Assembly (NCBI GenBank): GCA_037442825.1
Contig: JBBIPN010000035.1
Location: 1 to 13,877, forward strand
Source: Sulfurihydrogenibium sp.
GTDB lineage: Bacteria; Aquificota; Aquificia; Aquificales; Hydrogenothermaceae
DNA length: 13,877 bases
Direction of reading: 5' to 3'
Made by a program: the position numbers and the translations under genes. Below, in pieces: positions 7,745-13,877 of this stretch. Position 1 is the stretch's first letter. Every line of letters starts with the position of its first letter. The notes under the pieces were generated by a model. It was not told the origin of the DNA, searched no databases, and saw only the letters and a list, made by a program, of their open reading frames with translations.

Positions 7745-8260
7745 TTGAGTTTAGATAAACAGATAAATGCTATAAAAGAGGTATACAGAGAGTATGAAAA
7801 GGCTGGGGAAAAAACCCGCCCTGTAATTGTTGGAAAATTTGCTTTAACTGTTTATACGCAAGGGATGTATCCAGCTAATATAATATCTCTTTTACATCCA
7901 GATATAGTCTTTTTAGAAAAGGTGTTATCTAATTTAGGCTATAAAAAGTTTGGAGATTTATGGTTGAGGGATGATATAAACATTGAAGTTAGTAAAGACT
8001 TTAAGCTAATTACAGGAATTTTAAATCAGATAGAAGTAGATAAAGAAGAAGTTTTTAATGTTTTATCATTAGAAGATTTAATATTGGATATGATGGTTTA
8101 CTGTGTTGAAGGTGATGATTTTGTTTGTGATTTAATAAAGTTGGTTGTTAAATCTTACTATAAAGTTTTAGATTTTCATTATATATATCAAAAGATAAAC
8201 GATAGAAGATTTATACCTAAACTTAAAGCATTTAAGAAGGAAGCGGAGGAAATACAATGA
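7745..8260 (+). CDS. Hypothetical protein, probable degenerate nucleotidyltransferase fold
   Basis: TTG start immediately after the aldolase stop, with AGGAG at 7732-7736, and an ATGA overlap with fbp. Carries PVIVGK.A..VYT.G.Y, LGYKK.G..W and SLEDLILD. Confidence 0.7.
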   Translation: MSLDKQINAIKEVYREYEKAGEKTRPVIVGKFALTVYTQGMYPANIISLLHPDIVFLEKVLSNLGYKKFGDLWLRDDINIEVSKDFKLITGILNQIEVDKEEVFNVLSLEDLILDMMVYCVEGDDFVCDLIKLVVKSYYKVLDFHYIYQKINDRRFIPKLKAFKKEAEEIQ

Positions 8261-9222
8261 TTGGTATGGATTTAAATAGTTTTATACTTCAACAGGAAAG
8301 GTTGTATCCACAGGCTACAGGCTCACTTTCAAGGGCTTTGGTTGCTATTGAATCTGCTACAAAAGTTATAGCTTCCCATGTAAGGATGGCTGGTTTAGCT
8401 GATGTTTTAGGATTAGCCGGGAAAACAAACATTCAAGGGGAAGAAGTTCAAAAACTTGACGAACTATCTAATAATATATTGATAAATTATTTATCTAAAT
8501 CTGGAGAGTTTTATGCACTTGCTTCTGAAGAGTTAGATGAATCTATCTTCCCAGAAGAAGGAAAAGATGGAAAATACATAATTGCATTTGATCCACTTGA
8601 TGGTTCTTCTAATATAGATGTTAATATAAGTATTGGAACTATATTTTCTATCCATAGGAAAATAAATGGAGATGTTTCTGACTTTTTACAAGAAGGTTAT
8701 AAACAAGTAGCAGCTGGATATGTTATATATGGTTCATCTACTATGTTAGTTTTATCAACAGGTAATGGTGTAAATGGATTTACATTAGATCCATCTGTTG
8801 GAATGTTTTTACTGTCTCATCCCAATATTAAAATACCTGAAAAAGGAAAGATTTATTCGATTAATGAATCAAATGATAGAAAATGGACTGATAGAGGCTT
8901 AAAAGAGTATATAGAAACATTAAAGGATGAAGGTTATACATCAAGGTATATAGGTTCTATGGTTGCTGATGTCCATAGAACATTATTAAAAGGTGGTCTT
9001 TTTGCTTATCCTGCTGATGTTAAAAGTAAAAATGGAAAATTGAGATTGCTTTATGAAGCTTCTCCAATGGCATTTTTAACTGTGCAAGCAGGTGGTCTTG
9101 CAACAACCGGAAAAGAAGATATTTTAAACATAAAACCTACAGATATACATCAAAGAGTTCCTGTTTTCTTAGGTAGTAAAGTAGAGATAGAAAACTTACT
9201 TAAAGTAATACAAAATGGATAA
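8257..9222 (+). CDS. fbp: Fructose-1,6-bisphosphatase class I
   Basis: GEEVQKLD, ASEE, FDPLDGSSNIDVNISIGTIFSI, RYIGSMVADVHRTLLKGG and GKLRLLYEA. RBS GGAGG at 8245-8249. Confidence 0.97.
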   Translation: MIGMDLNSFILQQERLYPQATGSLSRALVAIESATKVIASHVRMAGLADVLGLAGKTNIQGEEVQKLDELSNNILINYLSKSGEFYALASEELDESIFPEEGKDGKYIIAFDPLDGSSNIDVNISIGTIFSIHRKINGDVSDFLQEGYKQVAAGYVIYGSSTMLVLSTGNGVNGFTLDPSVGMFLLSHPNIKIPEKGKIYSINESNDRKWTDRGLKEYIETLKDEGYTSRYIGSMVADVHRTLLKGGLFAYPADVKSKNGKLRLLYEASPMAFLTVQAGGLATTGKEDILNIKPTDIHQRVPVFLGSKVEIENLLKVIQNG

Positions 9223-9592
9223 ATATCTAGTTCTTGCAATAGGTGGAGGTATAGGCACTATTTTAAGATATCTTACTGGTGTATTTTCTGCCAGATTTTT
9301 TGGAACAGATTTCCCATATGGGACACTAATTGTAAACGTTATAAGTTCATTTATTCTTTCTTTTTTTATGATTATCTTTTTAGAAAAACTGTCTTTAAAT
9401 CCACTTTGGCGTTTATTTATTGCTGTAGGTTTCTGTGGTAGTTTTTCGACATTGTCATCTTTAACATATGAAACCTTTGCTTTGATTATGGATGGAGAAT
9501 ATATAAAAGCTGGATTAAATGTGTTTTTAAACTTCAGTTTATCTTTTATAGCTGCTTTTATTGGTATTGTTATTGGTAGAGCTATTTTATAG
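9215..9592 (+). CDS. crcB: Fluoride channel Fluc/CrcB (atypical Phe-box)
   Basis: GGGIGTILRY, FPYGTLIVNV and GFCGSFSTLSSLTYE; 125 aa with 4 TM segments; followed by DUF190. Confidence 0.92.
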   Translation: MDKYLVLAIGGGIGTILRYLTGVFSARFFGTDFPYGTLIVNVISSFILSFFMIIFLEKLSLNPLWRLFIAVGFCGSFSTLSSLTYETFALIMDGEYIKAGLNVFLNFSLSFIAAFIGIVIGRAIL

Positions 9593-9602
9593 AGGTGTTG
9601 AA

Positions 9603-9941
9603 ATGAAATTAGAGGGAGAAGCTATTTTACTTAGGATACATATAGGAGAAACTGATAAATATGGAAAAAAACCACTTTACAAAAAGATTGTTGAAGTTTT
9701 GAGGGAAAATCATATAGCAGGTGCGACAGTTTTAAGAGGAATATTAGGATTTGGAAAGTCAACAGTTATACATTCTGCATCTATCTTAGATTTATCTGAA
9801 GACTTACCTATAATTATTGAAGTTATAGATACAGAAGATAAGATTAAAAATGTTCTTCCAAAAATAGAAGACTTTATAAAAAATGGACTTATAACTATGG
9901 AAAAAGTTAGAATAATAAAGTATGTTGCTGAAGGGGAATAA
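9603..9941 (+). CDS. DUF190 family PII-like protein
   Basis: LLRIHIGETD, AGATVLRGILGFG and LSEDLPIIIEVID. Start is the ATG at 9603 with GAGGTG at 9592-9597. DUF190 is a usual neighbour of crcB. Confidence 0.9.
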   Translation: MKLEGEAILLRIHIGETDKYGKKPLYKKIVEVLRENHIAGATVLRGILGFGKSTVIHSASILDLSEDLPIIIEVIDTEDKIKNVLPKIEDFIKNGLITMEKVRIIKYVAEGE

Positions 9942-9943
9942 TT

Positions 9944-10531
9944 TTGTTTTTAGGAATAGATATTTTAGATAATATTTTTATTGTTAGTTTAATGGATGAA
10001 AATAAAAATGTAAAAGGTCTATTTAAATTTTACAAAGAAGGTTTATTGTGGTTTATAGACCATACTAATCCTAACGTTATGGCTGTTAACTATGACTTTT
10101 GTGTTAAATCTAAAATATCTGATACAAATAAATCATTATCTAATCTTTATAAAGTAATAAAAAATGATTTTGGGTATTCAGAAATCAATAAAAAGACCTT
10201 TAGAGAAAAAGAAAAGAAAATTTTAAAATCTGATATTGAAGAGTTTTGGAAAAAAGTTATCAGGAAAGATATACTACCTTCAGATACAGTAGAAGGTTTA
10301 GAACAAAGGTTGTACAATTTACCAAAAACAGGTATAAGATTAAATAAAAAACTGTTATCTATAAATAAAAAATACATAGCAAAAGAAATCGATTCTGTTG
10401 TACTATCTTTTGCTGCTTTTAGCTATTACAACAACAGATTTGAACATATAGAAACAGAAAATGGTGTTATTATAACACCTAAATATATTTATGTAATGAA
10501 AAAAGATAGAGAAGAAAAAGAAGAAGGTTAA
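9944..10531 (+). CDS. DUF429-like RNase H-fold protein (predicted nuclease, divergent)
   Basis: N-terminal FLGID strand, GLEQRL..L, EIDSVVLSFAA and terminal E.GVIITP resemble DUF429/COG2410 by eye. TTG start 2 nt after the DUF190 stop, with AAGGGGA upstream. Confidence 0.55.
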   Translation: MFLGIDILDNIFIVSLMDENKNVKGLFKFYKEGLLWFIDHTNPNVMAVNYDFCVKSKISDTNKSLSNLYKVIKNDFGYSEINKKTFREKEKKILKSDIEEFWKKVIRKDILPSDTVEGLEQRLYNLPKTGIRLNKKLLSINKKYIAKEIDSVVLSFAAFSYYNNRFEHIETENGVIITPKYIYVMKKDREEKEEG

Positions 10532-11250
10532 TTTAGTTTGATATGGTAAAAAATTAATCCTATATATTCTCTTATAGCTTTTGTAGAGTCTTGAAGAACA
10601 TTCATCTTAGGAAAATAACTGTATAAAGTATATTTTTTATCCATTTTAAAATCTGTAGGGTAAGGTATAACATCTAATCCAGCTTTTTTAAAGGTATAAA
10701 CAGCCCTTGGCATATGGTAAGCAGATGTTATAAGAATCACTTTTTTAAAGTTATACTTTTCACAAAACTTTCTAGTAAAAACAGCATTACCAAACGTATC
10801 TCTACTATTTACATCTGTAAAAATATACTTTCTATCTATCCCTAACTCTGTTAAAATCTGTTTCATTGATTCTGATTCAGGCAAATTAGTAATTGCAGAG
10901 CCGCCTGAAAGGATTATTGGAACATTTAATCTTTTATGTAAAACAAAACCTGCCAAAACCCTTTTAAAAGAATCCTCTGTTAAAATACCTGTATTGTAAC
11001 TTCCACCACCTAATACAACAATAACATCTCCATTTGTATCTGAAGGTATTAAATATTTAGTTTCTAAAGGTTTTAATAAAAAATCTTTTACTGGCTCTAT
11101 TGATAAAATGTATACTGTTAAACCAGATATTAATGATATTATAAAAACTTTTCTATTTTTTCTTCCTAAAAAAGCTAATAGGAAAAATAAAACTAAAAAT
11201 ATTCCTGGTGGGATTATAAAAAATGTAATTAGTTTTTTTATAAAAAACAT
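10528..11250 (-). CDS. YdcF/ElyC/SanA (DUF218) family membrane protein
   Basis: Two N-terminal TM segments, VIVVLGGG, IILSGGS, SRDTFGNA, LITSAYHMPRA, PYPTDF and REYIG. Confidence 0.9.
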   Translation of the reverse strand: MFFIKKLITFFIIPPGIFLVLFFLLAFLGRKNRKVFIISLISGLTVYILSIEPVKDFLLKPLETKYLIPSDTNGDVIVVLGGGSYNTGILTEDSFKRVLAGFVLHKRLNVPIILSGGSAITNLPESESMKQILTELGIDRKYIFTDVNSRDTFGNAVFTRKFCEKYNFKKVILITSAYHMPRAVYTFKKAGLDVIPYPTDFKMDKKYTLYSYFPKMNVLQDSTKAIREYIGLIFYHIKLN

Positions 11251-11325
11251 CTTCCCTCTATCTTTATCATAAATTTTGTAGAAAACTATTATATAATGTT
11301 TAAAAAATTGTAAGAGGTGATTCTA

Positions 11326-12714
11326 ATGGAAGCACTTTCTCAAAATGTTAAGTTTGATGTAGATATGATAAAAAAGTACGATAAACCAGCACCAAGATAT
11401 ACAAGTTATCCTCCTGCTACTGAGTTTACAGATGAGATAGATAAAAGTGAGTATGTTAAAAAAATTATTAAATCTAATGAAAGAAAGACACCTTTATCTT
11501 TATACTTTCATATACCATTTTGTGAAAATGCTTGTTATTTTTGTGCTTGTAATGTAATAATAACAAGAAGAAAAGATGTTGTTAAACCATACTTAGATTA
11601 CCTTTATAAAGAGATGGATCTATATAAAAATCTCATTGATGTAAACAATAGAAAAGTTGTTCAACTCCATTGGGGTGGAGGGACACCTAATTACCTATCA
11701 GATGAAGAAACAGTAGAACTATTTCAAGAGATAAAAAAACGTTTTAGCTTTGATGAAAATTCAGAAATTTCTATTGAGATAGACCCAAGGCATGTTGATA
11801 GAGATAGGATTTTTCTATTAAAAGAGATAGGTTTTAATAGAGCAAGTTTTGGTATTCAAGATTTCAATCCAAAAGTTCAAGAGGCAGTAAACAGAATACA
11901 ACCAGAAGAGATGATTTTTAATGTTATGAAATGGTTTAGAGAATCTGGTTTTGAAAGTGTAAATATAGATTTAATATATGGATTACCTTATCAAACCCTT
12001 GAAACATTCTCTGAGACAGTTGATAAAACTATAGAACTTAATCCAGATAGGATAGCTGTATTTAACTTTGCATATGTACCATGGCTTAAGAGACTACAAA
12101 GGAATATTAATGAAAAAACATTACCACCACCAGAAGAAAAATTAAAAATACTTCAAATGACAATAGATAAACTAACGAAAGCTGGATATATATTTATTGG
12201 AATGGACCATTTTGCAAAACCAAACGATGAACTTACAGTAGCACAAAGAGAAAGAACATTACATAGAAACTTCCAAGGTTATACAACAAAAGCAAATGCA
12301 GAACTTTTTGGTTTTGGAGCTACATCAATAAGTATGCTCTATGATGGCTATGTTCAAAACTACAAAGTTTTAAGAGATTACTATGAAACTATAGAAAAAA
12401 AACAACTTCCAATAGAAAGAGGTGTATATCTAACACAGGATGACATTATAAGAAGAGATGTTATCATGAAACTCATGTGTCATTTTAGATTAGTAAAATC
12501 AGAAGTAGAAGAAAAGTTTAAGATAGTGTTTGATGAATACTTTAAAGAAGAAATGAACATCTTAAAAGATATGGAAAAAGATGGTTTACTTGATTTATAC
12601 AAAGACAGAATAGATATAACACCCATAGGAAGACTTTTAATTAGAAATATTGCATCATCTTTTGATATATACCTTAGAAATAAAAAAGAAAGGAGATTTT
12701 CAAAAGCTATTTAA
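11326..12714 (+). CDS. hemN: Oxygen-independent coproporphyrinogen III oxidase (radical SAM)
   Basis: PRYTSYPPA, SLYFHIPFCENACYFCAC (CxxxCxxC), HWGGGTP, IGMDHFA and LHRNFQGY. ATG 11326 preferred because GAGGTG at 11314-11319 works as its RBS. Confidence 0.96.
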   Translation: MEALSQNVKFDVDMIKKYDKPAPRYTSYPPATEFTDEIDKSEYVKKIIKSNERKTPLSLYFHIPFCENACYFCACNVIITRRKDVVKPYLDYLYKEMDLYKNLIDVNNRKVVQLHWGGGTPNYLSDEETVELFQEIKKRFSFDENSEISIEIDPRHVDRDRIFLLKEIGFNRASFGIQDFNPKVQEAVNRIQPEEMIFNVMKWFRESGFESVNIDLIYGLPYQTLETFSETVDKTIELNPDRIAVFNFAYVPWLKRLQRNINEKTLPPPEEKLKILQMTIDKLTKAGYIFIGMDHFAKPNDELTVAQRERTLHRNFQGYTTKANAELFGFGATSISMLYDGYVQNYKVLRDYYETIEKKQLPIERGVYLTQDDIIRRDVIMKLMCHFRLVKSEVEEKFKIVFDEYFKEEMNILKDMEKDGLLDLYKDRIDITPIGRLLIRNIASSFDIYLRNKKERRFSKAI

Positions 12715-13436
12715 TGGGATTTAAATTTATTTTTTCTTTTATACTTATTTTAGTTGCAATTTTTGTTTCTTATAAAGAAAAGATAGGATTAGAAAAAGAT
12801 ATACTTTATAGTAGTATAAGAGCTTTTATCCAGCTTATCTTACTTGGTTATGCATTAATTTATATCTTAAAATTAAAAAATCCTTTTGGATTTATTCTTA
12901 TACTATTTTTTATGGTTTTAGTAGCTACATATACAGCTCAAAGAAGAGTAAACATCTATAAAGGGTATAAAGTAGCTTTTATATCTATATTTTTGTCTTC
13001 ATCAATAATAATTTTTTTACTAATTATTTTTAATATTCTCTCTTTAATAGCAAATGAGATTGTACCTATTGGAGGTATGATTATAGGAAACGCTTTAAAT
13101 GCATATACACAAACAATAGAAAGGTTTAGAAGTGATGTAAAAAATAATTTAGATATAATTGAAGGATTTGTGGCTTTAGGTGTTCCAATAAAGGAAGCTT
13201 TTAGAATACAGATAACTAAGTCTATAAAAGCTGCAATGATTCCAATTTTAAATAATTTACAAACATTAGGTATTATATGGATTCCTGGTATTACAGCTGG
13301 AATGATATTAGCTGGAGCATCTCCAATTAGTGCAGTATTTTTTCAACTTGTAATTATGTTTAGTATGGTTGCTGTTGCTACACTTACTTCTTACTTTGCA
13401 ACAAATTTTAGCTATAAAATAATATTAACTTCTTAA
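12714..13436 (+). CDS. UPF0014 family ABC permease (FetB/YbbM-like iron export)
   Basis: RAFIQLILLGYAL, VPIGGMIIGNA, IKAAMIP, LGIIWIPGITAGMILAGASP and FQLVIMF. TAATG overlap with hemN. Confidence 0.88.
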   Translation: MGFKFIFSFILILVAIFVSYKEKIGLEKDILYSSIRAFIQLILLGYALIYILKLKNPFGFILILFFMVLVATYTAQRRVNIYKGYKVAFISIFLSSSIIIFLLIIFNILSLIANEIVPIGGMIIGNALNAYTQTIERFRSDVKNNLDIIEGFVALGVPIKEAFRIQITKSIKAAMIPILNNLQTLGIIWIPGITAGMILAGASPISAVFFQLVIMFSMVAVATLTSYFATNFSYKIILTS

Positions 13437-13877
13437 CATCTCCTTAACTTTTTGAAAAATTTCCTCTGGTGTTATTGATGTTAAACATTCAAAAGTATTA
13501 TATTTACAGCTATTTTTACCATGTAAACTGCAAGGTTGACAAGGTAAATTTTTAAATATATAACTTCCCTCATCTTCTAAAGGTGCAAAACCAAAATAAG
13601 GATGTGTAGAACCATATACCATTAAAACCTTTACTCCTACGGCTCTTGACATGTGGGCAACTGATGAATCATTACTAATTGTTAACTTTCCTAAAGATAT
13701 CACTGATAAACTCTCTCTCAATGTTAATTTTCCTCTTAAATCTATAATCTTACTATCGTACACATTTTTATCTAAATCTTTATCTTCTTTAGAACCAACT
13801 AAAATGACGTTATAACCATAATCTAATATTAACTTTGCAACTTTATCATAGTATGGATATATCTTGCTAATATACCT
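13425..13877 (-). CDS. Glycosyltransferase family 9 (LPS heptosyltransferase-like), 5' end outside window
   Basis: Frame is open to the window end (RYISKIYPYYDKVAKLILDYGYNVILVGSKED...). Contains DLRGKLTLRE, SNDSSVAHMSRAVG, YGST and LPCQPCS...C...CL. Confidence 0.9.
   Translation of the reverse strand, partial: RYISKIYPYYDKVAKLILDYGYNVILVGSKEDKDLDKNVYDSKIIDLRGKLTLRESLSVISLGKLTISNDSSVAHMSRAVGVKVLMVYGSTHPYFGFAPLEDEGSYIFKNLPCQPCSLHGKNSCKYNTFECLTSITPEEIFQKVKEMLRS

Noticed and set aside
9561..9602. N-terminal extension of DUF190 overlapping crcB
   Set aside because: The RBS and family start favour the ATG at 9603.
10147..10377. 76-aa minus-strand ORF
   Set aside because: Antisense shadow of the Lys/Glu-rich 9944-10531 gene.
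11251..11316. FNR/Fur-type operator or full promoter upstream of hemN
   Set aside because: TATAAT is present at 11292-11297, but there is no properly spaced -35 box and no TTGAT-N4-ATCAA or convincing Fur box.

Overview
AT-rich bacterial chromosomal window, gene-dense, with no rRNA, tRNA, CRISPR array or mobile element that I can see. Gene content and protein style suggest a thermophilic Aquificota member (Hydrogenothermaceae/Sulfurihydrogenibium-like); this is an inference. Layout: (+) 3' part of acnB with an intrinsic terminator. (-) A tightly packed 7-gene operon: ndk, DUF4149-like membrane protein, 2TM-HAMP-only protein, a 322-aa protein with a cryptic roadblock domain, MglB/roadblock, DUF4388-wHTH protein and an MglA/CvnD-like small GTPase. 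(+) A divergent operon: long class II aldolase, degenerate nucleotidyltransferase-fold protein, class I fbp, crcB/fluC, DUF190 and a DUF429-like protein. (-) DUF218/ElyC-like gene. (+) hemN and a fetB-like permease. (-) 3' part of a GT9 glycosyltransferase. The best candidate for an undescribed system is the kinase-less, conservon/Mgl-like GTPase module headed by ndk. Also notable are a Fluc channel with both Phe-box residues replaced by Leu and an apparent pseudo-nucleotidyltransferase between the aldolase and FBPase genes.
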